Part shown: in pieces, positions 1-10,787 of the stretch | How positions within the stretch are numbered: the first letter of the stretch is position 1 | Layout of the letters: every line of letters begins with the position of its first letter | DNA from: Candidatus Poribacteria bacterium | Lineage (GTDB): Bacteria > Poribacteria > WGA-4E > WGA-3G | Direction: 5' to 3' | NCBI GenBank assembly: GCA_965205015.1 | Contig: OZ242029.1 | Span: forward strand, 2,560,001-2,624,000 | DNA length: 64,000 nt | Notes under the pieces: model-generated | The model's database searches: none | What the model was told of the DNA's origin: nothing | What the model saw: the letters and a program-made list of their open reading frames with translations, nothing else | Position numbers and translations under genes: made by a program

Positions 1-582
1 CTCAAATGCCGCTACCTTTGTATCGGGTTCAACAGTCGTTGTGGGCTGTACAAAATCGCGATTGACATCTATGAGCCTTGGTCCCTCATCGGTGCTGGGT
101 GTTGTGAGGTCCCCCGTCGTCTCAAGCCCCTGATGGATTGCAAATGCGTCATTTGATAGCGGCTGGTCAGTGATAGTCGTCACAGGTCGTTGAACACGGA
201 GTTGCTGTTGTTCCTGTTTTGCCTCATTAAACTTCGGTGCTTCCCTACGTATGAACCGGCGTCTGGTTTTTACCTCTTCTGTGACGATACTAATATCAAA
301 CGTCTCTTGTTCAAATTCGATCCGCTCGGCGATATAGAAGACCCCAATGATAATTGCTATAAGGGCATGAAACACCATCGCAACGACAAACGCGGCGGAA
401 CTGCGTCCGACGTGTATTTGTGTGATAGGATGCTTTGGCATGTTCGTTTGTGCCGTGGAAATATCGTGCTGCTGGTTGGCATCAAGCGAAACCTTTTTCA
501 ATGCGACAAAACGTTTCGGTTTTTTACGCTCTGCTCGGCGCTGCTGCATCTGACTGAGCATGCCGGAAGTTCTGCTATTCAT
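1..582 (-). CDS. Membrane-anchored protein, possibly TonB-family energy transducer (N-terminal part; runs off window)
   Basis: Not in ORF track. Manual translation from ATG 582 (RBS AGGAGG): MNSRTSGML...SAAFVVAMVFHALIAIIIGVFYI..., open to base 1. Single TM helix containing His; lies downstream of TonB-dependent receptors. Confidence 0.5.
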   Translation of the reverse strand, partial: MNSRTSGMLSQMQQRRAERKKPKRFVALKKVSLDANQQHDISTAQTNMPKHPITQIHVGRSSAAFVVAMVFHALIAIIIGVFYIAERIEFEQETFDISIVTEEVKTRRRFIRREAPKFNEAKQEQQQLRVQRPVTTITDQPLSNDAFAIHQGLETTGDLTTPSTDEGPRLIDVNRDFVQPTTTVEPDTKVAAFE

Positions 583-739
583 CTGTTTTTCCTCCTATGA
601 AACAAAAGAGGGAAGTCTCGGGCTCGACACATTGCTCGCTCGTGTTTCCTATATTAAGAGGTGGGCGAAAGTGCCATTAAAAAAATAGCTAATAATTATC
701 CACAACTCATGCGTCCTATTTTAGCATAAGCATACTCTA

Positions 740-768
740 ATTATAACACATTTCCAGTTTTGTGTCAA
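740..768 (-). promoter_or_regulatory. Sigma70-type promoter
   Basis: TTGACA-17 nt-TATAAT on minus strand upstream of the 582 start. Confidence 0.65.
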
Positions 769-799
769 TTTTTGTATCAAAGCAGGCTCGTTTCTCGGA

Positions 800-3061
800 T
801 TATGGGTTCCACCAATAGGTCATCTTTGCGACCACTGCCGAATCCAATAAGCGAGATCGAGTGGTGCCGTTCGTATCATACGTTTGATTGAAAACGAAGT
901 AGAAATCGCTTCCGGGACGATAAATATAATTGATGAGGAAGTTGGTGGAGACAACGTTTGTATCGGCATTCCACTGGGCAAATAGTTTTGCAAAGAGCCC
1001 CGTAGTGAAGGAATAGTCAAATCTACCTCTGAAAAGATTGACGTAAACAGGGCGCGGGTTTCCATCGGTGAAATAGGCTGTGGGCAGGTTAACCACCTGG
1101 TTAAATTGGTACTGGGCACTCACACTAATATGACCGTTCGGTTTAACCGTGGTTTGTATATATGCTCTGCGAACTTCACCTTCGTAGAAATCTTCAAGTC
1201 CACCGCCGAGCGTTGTACTAATCGGACGACTATCACTACTCGAGAGACGTACATGGTATGAGTTAGACGAGTAGTCGCCAATCGGAACCTCTACGCCATC
1301 CCTAAAATCGAAAACATCGTTCAGACGTTCAAAGGTGCGTCTTCCATTAAAAAGGATATAGTCTCCGCTGTCAAATTCGAACCAGTTGGTGTAAGAGATG
1401 TTCCACTCTTCCAATTCGTTGTCGTGATTGAGAATATAGTTGACTTCTGGACCGGTCCAAATTTGTCGGATTCCGAATCTTTGAGGCATAGGGACCCAGC
1501 GCGCCTCACCGCGGAATTGCCGGATACCGGTACGTCTTACATATCCGACGGCGGGGTTAAAATCCTCATCAATGTCGGTATACGAACCTTCCATGCGAAA
1601 ACGATTGCTCCGCCAATTGGAACCGATATACCATGCATTATTTCGTCCAGAGGCGTCGGGTTCAAACGTGCGAGACCACAATCCTCGGACATCCATATTG
1701 TCATTGGGACGGTATTCAAAGTCAAAGCCACCTGCGCGATTATAGTCGCCAATTTCATCTTTATTAACGGCGATCATGCCGATGCGCGAACCCGAGGCGA
1801 TGTCTTTCGTAATTCGCATCACAGAATAATTAGTGCGCGGAATGTCAAGTGGATCATCTTCCGTATCAGCATCATAGAATTCATCTGTTAGAACGTTGAG
1901 GAATCCTACGCCGTAAGAACCGATCTTACCGCTGGTTTTTCCCCCGAAGATAATCGGGATGGCGTTCCCTTCAGCGAGTCCAATCCGGCGGCTGTAGAAA
2001 AGGAGCATCGGTGGGGGGCGGCGGTAGCTGCTCCGCGGTATCCCAAAATCAAAGAGTCCGGCACCCTCCAAAAAGAAGGGACGCTTCTCAGGGAAAAAGA
2101 GGCTAAATCGGGTCAGGTTCACCTGTTCTTCGTCGGCTTCAACTTGTGCGAAGTCGGTGTTATAGGTGACATCTGCAGTGAGGTTTGATGTGATGCCGTA
2201 CTTGACATCGACACCCATCTTGAACTTTCCTGCCGTTTCAAGTCCTGCGTCATTCTCATTAATTTGGGTCACGCCGGGAAGGATATACGGAAGGACCTCT
2301 AAGTTCCGAGAGGGGGCAACGCCTGAGAGTCCCGTCAGTCTTCCGAGGTTAGCAGTTCGGTACTTTGCCATGCCGCCATAGGACGCTGGAACGGGGACCC
2401 AGATCATCTCTTCTTGATTTCGGGCGAGTTCGCGACCGGTATTCATACCCCATACGATCTGATCGCTCTGCTTGAAACGAAGTTGACTAAATGGGATACT
2501 CAGCTCGGACGTCCAATATGTGTCGTTGATTTTCGATTTACATTCTACAACGGCGTCCCAATCCCTGTTGAGCGTGTCCCCACTGTTCGTTACGGCTCTG
2601 TCCTGTATTGCGCCGAGAGCGTTCATACGGAAGAAGAAACCGCTCCGTTTGTCGTCATACGTATCCAATATCAGAAATACGGTGTCGTTTTCGTGCAAGT
2701 CCCGGGAGTCACGACGCATCTCATTGGCGACGAGTTTCGATATCTCCGAATCGAAGCAGGTAAAGCCGAAATAGATATTCTCGTTATCGTAGAGGACCCG
2801 AACCTCCATTGACTCGGAACCGATCTCGCCTTCATAGGGTTCAATCTGCACAAACTGGTCAATTGATTCGGCGTGTTTCCAATCCTCTTCCGTTAAATCA
2901 CCGTCAATCTCAATACTCTCATAAGTGCGATGTGCCTTGATCTGGTAATCGTGCGATTCGGCGTGTACGTTGGTGATAAAGGTATGCAACAGCACAATAA
3001 GGAGTAAATAGGGTGTGACTTTTTGAAATTTTGGTAAAGAAAATAATAGATAGTCGTCCAA
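800..3061 (-). CDS. Carbohydrate-binding family 9-like / DUF5916 outer-membrane protein
   Basis: N-terminal IDGDLTEEDW sugar-binding-like domain; NTDFAQVEADEEQVNLTRFSLFFPEKRPFFLEG motif; beta-barrel-like C-terminus. Confidence 0.8.
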   Translation of the reverse strand: MDDYLLFSLPKFQKVTPYLLLIVLLHTFITNVHAESHDYQIKAHRTYESIEIDGDLTEEDWKHAESIDQFVQIEPYEGEIGSESMEVRVLYDNENIYFGFTCFDSEISKLVANEMRRDSRDLHENDTVFLILDTYDDKRSGFFFRMNALGAIQDRAVTNSGDTLNRDWDAVVECKSKINDTYWTSELSIPFSQLRFKQSDQIVWGMNTGRELARNQEEMIWVPVPASYGGMAKYRTANLGRLTGLSGVAPSRNLEVLPYILPGVTQINENDAGLETAGKFKMGVDVKYGITSNLTADVTYNTDFAQVEADEEQVNLTRFSLFFPEKRPFFLEGAGLFDFGIPRSSYRRPPPMLLFYSRRIGLAEGNAIPIIFGGKTSGKIGSYGVGFLNVLTDEFYDADTEDDPLDIPRTNYSVMRITKDIASGSRIGMIAVNKDEIGDYNRAGGFDFEYRPNDNMDVRGLWSRTFEPDASGRNNAWYIGSNWRSNRFRMEGSYTDIDEDFNPAVGYVRRTGIRQFRGEARWVPMPQRFGIRQIWTGPEVNYILNHDNELEEWNISYTNWFEFDSGDYILFNGRRTFERLNDVFDFRDGVEVPIGDYSSNSYHVRLSSSDSRPISTTLGGGLEDFYEGEVRRAYIQTTVKPNGHISVSAQYQFNQVVNLPTAYFTDGNPRPVYVNLFRGRFDYSFTTGLFAKLFAQWNADTNVVSTNFLINYIYRPGSDFYFVFNQTYDTNGTTRSRLLDSAVVAKMTYWWNP

Positions 3062-3166
3062 AGAACGTCGCCTCCTTTTAAAAAAGGGATGTGATTAATA
3101 TTATTATTATTTAAAGACGTAAAAAGAGGCGAATTGGCATATATAAATTTTAATTGAACGGATACA

Positions 3167-5368
3167 TCAGAATTCCAACGTTATTGCAAGGAATGGAATA
3201 ATCGGCAATTGTGAAACGGGTGCCTCTTTTGTAAAGTTCCGACTGTAGCGAACTTCAAGTATGTTGTTGCGGTTATAAACGTTCCATACTTCAAGTGCCA
3301 CCCCCAATTCCCATCCTTGATCCTCTAAATCACCGAACAGTTGCAAGCGGAGACTTAGATCTAACCGATGATAGGGTGCGGTGCGCTTCCATTCTCCGTA
3401 GAGGGGTCGCCACTTTTTTTCCTTAGTGCGGAAGTTCGTGAAAGGCGTACGGCCTACTAAGGGTGCATAAAGGATACCGCTCTGGTATTGCCATTTTGCG
3501 CTTATATCCAATGCGTCGATAAGTGGCACGGAGAAAAGGAATTCTTGGGAAGCACTGTAACTCGTCGCGACAGTTAGGACATGCGGACTGTTGTAAGTAT
3601 AAAATCGATGGAATTCTTTAGGAGAATCGCGGCGTTTGGAGACGGTGTACGCATACGCCACCCACGCATCAAAAGTATCGGTTTCATGCCCTAATGAAAC
3701 TTCAAATCCACGGACAAATCCCGCCTGACCGTTCTGATATTGCTTGTCATCTTTATTGTAGATAATGAGGTCTCGGAGTGTCTTGTAATAACCTGCGATA
3801 TTCATTTGCATATCTAAGGGCAGTGTCTGTTTCAACTCAAGAACATAGTGCGTTGCGAGACTCTGTTCAAGGGCTGCGTTTGATGTTACCCCAAGCACAA
3901 ACTGATCTAATCTCGGGTTCTGTGCATAGCGACCATAATAAAAGGATAGAAATGCGCCCGGTGAAAGACTAAAACCGAGTTGTGCACGGGGCTGAAGGGA
4001 TAGATTATCTGTAAGGTTAAAGTAGCTCGCTCGGATGCCCAAGGTGCCTAAAACTTTAGGGGTAAATAGGTTCTGCCGAGCTTGGAGATATCCCTCTAAA
4101 CGATGGAGGTTTCGGGTCTCAGTGACGTTGACTTTTTTCTGGTTGTGCCAAATTCGGTATTCATAATCAGCATCCCCCTCTTCAACTCTGCGCGCCCCAT
4201 GACTCGTGACGGTTGAAGGGGTGCTTGAAAGTAGGTAGCCGAATTCTACAGCCTCATCCGTATTCTGCGAGGATGTGGTATAAGTGAAATCATTTCGGAG
4301 TGCGTAGACAGAGGCAGCCGTCCGGTAGTAGTACCCTTCACCGAAAGCGAGTTCATTTTCTGTGAACGAACGCGTAAATGAGAGGATAGATCTAAATCGC
4401 GGCAATAGTCGGGAATAGAAATGAATTCCTTGGACATCAAACGGGTTTTCCGAGATCAAGGGACCGTGGAGATCGCTGTCGTGGACTTCATCTGATCCGA
4501 GGTACAATTCGGATGCGTCATACGCTGTGACAGCGTTAAGCACCATTCCATGGGTTTCATTAAGTTTATAAACGCCCTTTAGCTGGTAGCTCCAAAAACG
4601 TGGCGACTCTCGAACCAGATCCTCGATATCTACTAATGTTGCAGCCAACTCGAAAAATGGTTCGAGATAGCTGCGTCTGCCGAAAGCGTACCAATAGCCT
4701 TGCCCGGTTGATGCTACGTTTTCTATGTACTCTTGGTCGGTGTTCGCTGATTTTTCGCGAGGTTCGTTGTCAGGTGGGTCGTCTGCGGGCAGAGCTTTGA
4801 AAGAGAAAGCCCCGCTGAGGAGGGCTTCCGAATAGATGAAACTCGGTTTTAGGGTGCCATCGAGCCGCCCCAAAGACCTTACATTTTTTGGGCGGGAATG
4901 GATATCAATCACCGCCTGTGAGTCCGCGCCGAATTCCGCGCCGAACCCACCTGGATGCACATCCACCTTTCCAATGACTTCGGAACTCACCACTGAGACG
5001 ATACCGAGCAGATGGTACGGGTATCCTAACGGCAATCGATCAAAGTAGTAAAGATTGTCACCGGGTGCCCCACCTCTTATGGAAAGGACCCCCAGGAAAT
5101 CGTTAACTGTACCGACGCTTGGGAGTCGGGCTATCCCGCGAATCGGATCACCGGCACTGCCTGTGGCACGTCTGAGTAAGTCTCCCCTCAACGTCCGTTG
5201 AGGACTTTTTTCAAATCGCTCTGCTTCGACCCTTATCTCTTCTAACGTGGTTACAGGTTGTGATGTCTCATCCTTTGTCGTGTCTGACTCAGTACCATTG
5301 ACTTCATCGGTCTGTCCGAAAGCCCCCGATGGTAATATGAGGATTAGGAGGATTAATATTTGCTTCAA
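3167..5368 (-). CDS. TonB-dependent receptor
   Basis: Plug motif SIRGG..DNLYYFD, YHRLDL, C-terminal Phe; probable TTG start at 5368 with GAGGAG RBS (ORF track extends to 5446). Confidence 0.85.
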   Translation of the reverse strand: MKQILILLILILPSGAFGQTDEVNGTESDTTKDETSQPVTTLEEIRVEAERFEKSPQRTLRGDLLRRATGSAGDPIRGIARLPSVGTVNDFLGVLSIRGGAPGDNLYYFDRLPLGYPYHLLGIVSVVSSEVIGKVDVHPGGFGAEFGADSQAVIDIHSRPKNVRSLGRLDGTLKPSFIYSEALLSGAFSFKALPADDPPDNEPREKSANTDQEYIENVASTGQGYWYAFGRRSYLEPFFELAATLVDIEDLVRESPRFWSYQLKGVYKLNETHGMVLNAVTAYDASELYLGSDEVHDSDLHGPLISENPFDVQGIHFYSRLLPRFRSILSFTRSFTENELAFGEGYYYRTAASVYALRNDFTYTTSSQNTDEAVEFGYLLSSTPSTVTSHGARRVEEGDADYEYRIWHNQKKVNVTETRNLHRLEGYLQARQNLFTPKVLGTLGIRASYFNLTDNLSLQPRAQLGFSLSPGAFLSFYYGRYAQNPRLDQFVLGVTSNAALEQSLATHYVLELKQTLPLDMQMNIAGYYKTLRDLIIYNKDDKQYQNGQAGFVRGFEVSLGHETDTFDAWVAYAYTVSKRRDSPKEFHRFYTYNSPHVLTVATSYSASQEFLFSVPLIDALDISAKWQYQSGILYAPLVGRTPFTNFRTKEKKWRPLYGEWKRTAPYHRLDLSLRLQLFGDLEDQGWELGVALEVWNVYNRNNILEVRYSRNFTKEAPVSQLPIIPFLAITLEF

Positions 5369-5393
5369 AGTTTTGTCTCCTCGGAAAGAGTTT

Positions 5394-7643
5394 TTAAAAT
5401 TCCGCTGTAATCCCCAGATAAGGGAGGATAGGCAACTGGTTAGCATCTTCTCGCTCTATGTTAACACCTCCCGACTCAATGTCGTCGGTATATCTGTATC
5501 TATAATCAAGTAAATTCTTTCGATTATAGGCGTTGAGGAGTTCCAAGAAGATCCCGAACTTCCATCCTGTAAACTGGAAGGTTTTACTGACACGCAGGTC
5601 CAATCTGTGATAGGGGGGCAATCGGTCGGAATAGGTTTCCGCATAGATAGGGATATAAATAGGTCGTCCGTTCTCTCTCGGGTCGATCCCTTTCGTAGCG
5701 TCTTCAACGGGTGTATAGGGGTTGCCGGTGCGGTACTGCCACTTCGCGCCAATCTCCCATGTAGGCGTGAGGTTGTAGCTCGCGGCGAACGTAGCGACGT
5801 GTGTCTGATCGAAGGAATAGGGGCGATAGGGTTCGCCAGGGCGGTCGCGGCGTTTAGAGAGGGCGTACGCGTAGGAGATCCATGCAAAAAATCTGTCGCT
5901 GCGGCGGTGTCGGAGAAACACCTCGGTACCTTGCGCGTACCCGACACCTTGATTGAGATACCCGGCTTCTTCGTCAACAGTCACCAAGTCGGCAAGGTTT
6001 TTGTAATACGCTGCCATTTTAATTTCTGTATCCTGTGAAAGTTGCTGTTTAAGTTCAAGGATGTAATGACTTGCTTGACTTGATTTCAACGCAGGGTTCC
6101 CGATACTCGGCGAGAGTTGTGGGGGTAGGGGGGTCTGATTGTAAATCCCATAGGCAAATTGGAGTTCAGAACTGTTGGGAAGTTCCACGAGTACACTGCC
6201 GCGCGGCTGGACAGACAGCTGATCAATGCGATTGAAATAATCAAACCGTAGCCCGAACACAACTGACAAAAACGGCAGGACGGTGTATCTGTCTTGCAAA
6301 TAGGCTTCGAGGCGTTGCCCACGCACAGACTCGTCTAAGTCGACTTTTTCTTCCAACCGGATGTCGTAGTCGGCTTCACCTTCGTCAGGGATCCGAGTGA
6401 AGGTGCCAGAGACTTGTCCGGGTTCAAATCCGAGGATTAACCCGGATTCGAGTCGGTGTTTCGGGTTTAACTCATAAATGAGATCCTCGCGAAGCACATA
6501 GTCGGGTGCATCAATTTCAAGTGAAAGTGTTGGGCCGAAATTGACATCGAATAGGAATTTTGAACGGGTCAGCGATAGATAGGAGGTGAGCCGTTCCGTC
6601 AGAAAGGAGCGGAGATGGATGCCTGCTCCCTCGAAACCGCTTTCAAAACTTGCGTTTCCTTGAAAATCTGTGTCTACGTTTTCACCATCGAGTTTCAGGG
6701 CGAACCGATCCCCAGAAGCAAAGATATTAAAAAAGAGTTGGTGCTTTTCGTTGAAGTCGTAGCCGGCCTTTAGTTGGTAGTCCCAGAAACGCGGAAAAGC
6801 CGTGATGGCTCCCGTCTCAAATGAAAAGGATCCGATGAAAAGGTCGATGTAACTCCTACGTCCCGCTGCATACCAGTAGCCTTTTTCGCCGACCTTGCCT
6901 TGAAGCAATCCCTCTGAGAAGAGGAGATTGAGATTAAATTTTCCGCGTAAATCTGCTGGACTGTTGTCTTGGGAATAGATATCAATTACGGCTTGAGAAT
7001 CGACACCGTACTCCGCGCCGTAGCCGCCAGCATAGACATCAATCCGGTCGATGATTTCGGAACTCAGGGATGAGACGATCCCACCGAAGTGGTAGGGGTA
7101 CCCGACAGGCACTCGATCGAAATAGTAGAGGTTGTCTTCATCGGAACCGCCGCGGATATAGAGGGCACCGCTAAAATCGTTTGCGACACCGATACCGGGA
7201 ATCGCTGGCAGCGCGCGAAGGGCATCACCGGCTGTACCGGGGAGGCGTGTAATTTCTTGTGCCTGAAGGCTTTTTTTACTGACAGTCTTCGGGGCAGTTT
7301 CGCCGGTTACCTCGACCTCTTCAAGCCGATACTGTGTTGTTTCGACATAGATTTCAGGTGCGAGTGTTTCTTCTGCCTTAATGACAATAGAGGTGCGTTG
7401 CAACACCTCGGTGTCGGGTACCGTGACAATTAAAGTATAGGTTCCTGCGGGAATAGTACTAACAACGAACTTTCCATTTTCATCGGTTTTCTGACGTGTG
7501 TCGATTTCAACGATAAAAACTTCTGCGCCTGCTAATGGTTCTTTCGTACTGTTGTTATAGACGGTCCCCTGAATTGTTCCTGTCTGAGAAAAGGCAACTG
7601 CCGGCATCCAAAATACCATCAGTAGGCAAAAAAATTTCTTCAT
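5394..7643 (-). CDS. TonB-dependent receptor with N-terminal carboxypeptidase-regulatory-like domain
   Basis: Signal peptide, GTIQGTV..PLAGAEV..TDENGKF domain, plug YIRGG, C-terminal Phe; paralogue of the downstream receptor. Confidence 0.88.
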   Translation of the reverse strand: MKKFFCLLMVFWMPAVAFSQTGTIQGTVYNNSTKEPLAGAEVFIVEIDTRQKTDENGKFVVSTIPAGTYTLIVTVPDTEVLQRTSIVIKAEETLAPEIYVETTQYRLEEVEVTGETAPKTVSKKSLQAQEITRLPGTAGDALRALPAIPGIGVANDFSGALYIRGGSDEDNLYYFDRVPVGYPYHFGGIVSSLSSEIIDRIDVYAGGYGAEYGVDSQAVIDIYSQDNSPADLRGKFNLNLLFSEGLLQGKVGEKGYWYAAGRRSYIDLFIGSFSFETGAITAFPRFWDYQLKAGYDFNEKHQLFFNIFASGDRFALKLDGENVDTDFQGNASFESGFEGAGIHLRSFLTERLTSYLSLTRSKFLFDVNFGPTLSLEIDAPDYVLREDLIYELNPKHRLESGLILGFEPGQVSGTFTRIPDEGEADYDIRLEEKVDLDESVRGQRLEAYLQDRYTVLPFLSVVFGLRFDYFNRIDQLSVQPRGSVLVELPNSSELQFAYGIYNQTPLPPQLSPSIGNPALKSSQASHYILELKQQLSQDTEIKMAAYYKNLADLVTVDEEAGYLNQGVGYAQGTEVFLRHRRSDRFFAWISYAYALSKRRDRPGEPYRPYSFDQTHVATFAASYNLTPTWEIGAKWQYRTGNPYTPVEDATKGIDPRENGRPIYIPIYAETYSDRLPPYHRLDLRVSKTFQFTGWKFGIFLELLNAYNRKNLLDYRYRYTDDIESGGVNIEREDANQLPILPYLGITAEF

Positions 7644-7783
7644 GAAAATTGGCAACTCCTATCCTAATCGTTTAAGAAAATTGTATGTGATGTGTTTTAG
7701 AAGTATACAATTTTTCTCTGGAGAATTGCCAAAGAAATGTAAGATTTTTCGTTTTTTGGAGAGGATGCGTATCCAATTTTCAG

Positions 7784-7813
7784 ACTCGGTACGGTTGGGA
7801 AACCGCACCTCCC
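7784..7813. repeat. Palindromic intergenic repeat (GGTGCGGTT...AACCGTAC family)
   Basis: Reverse complement closely matches 23508-23539 (ggtgcggtt...aaccgtac...cgagtctg). Confidence 0.55.
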
Positions 7814-7900
7814 TTGATTGGGAAACGGGCGAGGTCAGGAAAGCGTGCAGCGGATGCAGATGAAGGGCGAGCCGCGTTGCCCGCCCATTGGGTTTTCATG

Positions 7901-8749
7901 TTAGCGGGCGACTGCGTCAGAACCGAGGTTTTCCTGAATCCATGCGCGAAGTGGGACATCCTTTTCACTGGGGGATGTAAAGCCGTGTCCACCAGTGCTT
8001 TTACCCAAAATCTGTTGACGAATTGGGTCAGAGCCTTCCATGTAATGTTCCACGGTCATATCATCGCGTGGCTGCAGCCAGCGGTAACTGTAGCCGTAAA
8101 ACAACACTTTTCGAGTGATGTCGGAGCTATTCCGTCCTACGGCATGCCAGAGCCTGCGATCGAAAAAGACGGCTGTTCCCGGTTTAGCAAATACGGATAT
8201 CGCCCCGTCGGGATCCGCCGTAGGGTCATCGGGCATTTCTAATGTATTCGATTTTTGACTCCCCGGCACTACAGAGAAATTACCGCGTCCCGGCACGGAT
8301 GTGTCGGTGAGGAAAAATGCCACTTTCAACGATATCCGTGGTCGCGGCTCGCCCTCCAATTCAAAATTGAGCCTTCCGCTGTCTTGGTGCCAACCGAGGC
8401 GTTGGGTTTTATCGCGCTCTTCTGGGGGCAGCGGCGGTAGCACAATCAGATGTGAATGGTAAAGTTTGATGTTCCACCCCAAAATTCCCCAGACTTTCGG
8501 AAAGGTTGTGTGCCAATCGAGCAGCTCGATGAAGCTATCGTCTCTGCCGACAAAATCGAGGAGGTTGAAACGTGCATCGGACGGAAGTTCCTCTTTGCCC
8601 AGATGCTCTGCCCCGACTCGGTCAACAGCGGCGACCAACTTATCAACCATCTCCTGTGGGATGGCATCCTCAACCGCGAAGAAACCGTTGTCTTCAAATT
8701 GCTGTTTTTCTGTTTCGGTCAAACAGTGTTCCAAACATAGCGAGTCCAT
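7901..8749 (-). CDS. Phytanoyl-CoA dioxygenase (PhyH) family 2OG-Fe(II) oxygenase
   Basis: WHQD and distal WH iron ligands; VPGS motif. Confidence 0.88.
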   Translation of the reverse strand: MDSLCLEHCLTETEKQQFEDNGFFAVEDAIPQEMVDKLVAAVDRVGAEHLGKEELPSDARFNLLDFVGRDDSFIELLDWHTTFPKVWGILGWNIKLYHSHLIVLPPLPPEERDKTQRLGWHQDSGRLNFELEGEPRPRISLKVAFFLTDTSVPGRGNFSVVPGSQKSNTLEMPDDPTADPDGAISVFAKPGTAVFFDRRLWHAVGRNSSDITRKVLFYGYSYRWLQPRDDMTVEHYMEGSDPIRQQILGKSTGGHGFTSPSEKDVPLRAWIQENLGSDAVAR

Positions 8750-8843
8750 TTTTCTCCCCTTATAGAAGCGACCTTCGGTCGCGATGCTTGAGTTTGCATA
8801 AGTTTACACTGAATCTAAATTTTGGTCAACAGGAAAAATACCT

Positions 8844-9935
8844 CTAACGAGAAGGTAGGAAACTTTCGGATTCCACTTGCTTGGCTCGCGCGACCGCCCG
8901 CCATCTCCGCCAGAAATTCACGCTGGCACTGAAAAGAAATCCGACCCCAAGAATACCCGCTGTCGCAGCACCCAATATCAATTCAGGCTTTGCCACGATA
9001 CCGTAGATCGCGCCTCCGATGAGCAGGGCGGCGATGAAGGTATCTTTCAGACTGTTCTTTTCTGCCCGTTTTTGGAGGAGACGTAGATTCGCGAGTTTCC
9101 GTTGTTTTACATAGTCAGCGAGCGGTTCTATTGGAACATGCACCGACTCGACTTGTCCGGTTCGTCCCTCGCTCACACACCGAAAACCGATATTCCCGGC
9201 GGCATAGTCTGGCGGGGCATGTAAACGATTGGCACACCGAAAATAGCGTTCCGCTGTGCCGTCACGCACTTCTAACCATGACCCACCACGTAAGGTTTTC
9301 TGTTTATCCTCCACCCCGTGTTTAGGCGGTTTTGAATCAGGATAGGGTTGGTACCAATCGGCGGTCCATTCCCAGACATTTCCTGCGGCGTCGCCGACAC
9401 CGTAAGGGCTGACTGTGGCAGGGCGAACACCTACAGGGGTGAGATGCGCTGTTAGAATCTGTAAAGTTTCTGCTGGTGTTTCTGTAGCGTCAGATTCATC
9501 GGGAACGAAGACATTCCCCCACGGATAAATCCGTCCATCGGGACCGCGACAGGCTTTCTCCCATTCTGCTTCTGTCGGTAGCCGCTTGCCTGCCCAGTGG
9601 GCATACGCGTTACTATCATGCCAATTGACGTGAACAACGGGGAGGTTTGCCTCTTCGGGCGCAAAGTCGCCGTTTTTCCAATGTGGCGGTGGTGGATGGT
9701 TCGTTTCCTTTACAAAAACCGCATACTCGGCGTTGGTCACCGGGTACTGTTCAATCAGATATGCCCCCAGAAAGCGGACGTGCATTGGTGCCTCATCGAG
9801 TTTAGCATGCTCCGAATTGGCTAAGGCAGTCCCGTAGAATGCTTCAATATCGGTGCCCATGATGAACGCGCCCTGTGGAATAAGAATATTTTTAATTATA
9901 CCTTGCGGAGAAACGACGGCAGTTGCGGTTTTCAC
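8844..9935 (-). CDS. SUMF1/FGE-sulfatase domain protein with C-terminal TM helices
   Basis: RLPTEAEWEKACRG, GNVWEWT, RGGSW and GFRC motifs. Confidence 0.85.
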   Translation of the reverse strand: MKTATAVVSPQGIIKNILIPQGAFIMGTDIEAFYGTALANSEHAKLDEAPMHVRFLGAYLIEQYPVTNAEYAVFVKETNHPPPPHWKNGDFAPEEANLPVVHVNWHDSNAYAHWAGKRLPTEAEWEKACRGPDGRIYPWGNVFVPDESDATETPAETLQILTAHLTPVGVRPATVSPYGVGDAAGNVWEWTADWYQPYPDSKPPKHGVEDKQKTLRGGSWLEVRDGTAERYFRCANRLHAPPDYAAGNIGFRCVSEGRTGQVESVHVPIEPLADYVKQRKLANLRLLQKRAEKNSLKDTFIAALLIGGAIYGIVAKPELILGAATAGILGVGFLFSASVNFWRRWRAVARAKQVESESFLPSR

Positions 9936-10004
9936 GTGCGTTTCTTAAACCCGCCCTCCATTACATTACGGGCTAACGTTTCTGATGGTTTTTCCATTAG
10001 GTCT

Positions 10005-10787
10005 TCATCCAAAATTCCACGCGTTTGTAGCATACTTGGTTTCCGCCAAGGTTTCAGCCTGTGCACGTTCTGCCAGTGAGAGTTCTCCTGAATTAAACGC
10101 AATTCCGAGCGCAAATGTTTCGCGAATGGCTTGGATAAGCACATCCCTTGTGATAAAACGGCCATCTACATTAATGGCAGTCGATTTTTCGCGGATGCGC
10201 TGTTGAACCTCTGGATTCTTTGAAACGCGATCGAGAATAGAGTCGGGCGGCATATCCAATGAGATGTACCCTTGAAACATTATCCCGCCCCGATTACGTC
10301 TGACAGAAACACCTGCTAACTTCTTGTCGTCAGACATAACGTCATGTTCAGCAGGATTCGTCAAGCAGATATTTGGAGTGGCTTCGGGAGAGTCGGGGGA
10401 AGTGGCATAGCACTGCGCTGGGACACCGAGTTTCTGAAACGCCTTGGCGAGAGAGTGTCCAATGCGTTGATACGCCTCGGAGATGCCCATCCCTGCAACA
10501 GCGCGTGGGAGCACCAGTGTATAGGTCAGTTCCCATCCGTGCACGACAGTCCCACCGCCGGTCATCCGTTTCACCAATTCGATGCTGTCTGCGCGACACG
10601 CCTCTATGTCAACTTCCGAGGCAATATCTTGAAAATAGCCGAAACTGAAAGCTGGAGACGACCACTCATAAAACCGCAATGTCGGGTTCGGTTGCTCTTT
10701 CTGTGCGAGCAGAATTGCCTCGTCAATTGCCATATTCATCGCGGCGGGGTTCGTCCCCATATTTAAGAGTCGTCCGGCTGTTTGCAT
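10005..10787 (-). CDS. Lipoate-protein ligase A / octanoyltransferase family
   Basis: NMAIDEAIL, KRMTGGGTVVH, KKLAG; ATG 10787 overlaps the upstream TGA (TGATG). Confidence 0.85.
   Translation of the reverse strand: MQTAGRLLNMGTNPAAMNMAIDEAILLAQKEQPNPTLRFYEWSSPAFSFGYFQDIASEVDIEACRADSIELVKRMTGGGTVVHGWELTYTLVLPRAVAGMGISEAYQRIGHSLAKAFQKLGVPAQCYATSPDSPEATPNICLTNPAEHDVMSDDKKLAGVSVRRNRGGIMFQGYISLDMPPDSILDRVSKNPEVQQRIREKSTAINVDGRFITRDVLIQAIRETFALGIAFNSGELSLAERAQAETLAETKYATNAWNFG

Noticed and set aside
190-600. 136-aa plus-strand ORF
   Set aside because: Shadow of the minus-strand gene at 1-582, which has an RBS, a promoter and a TM helix.
696-704. DnaA box TTATCCACA / replication origin
   Set aside because: Single box with no cluster and no dnaA or dnaN nearby; the same 9-mer occurs inside mod2, so chance is adequate.
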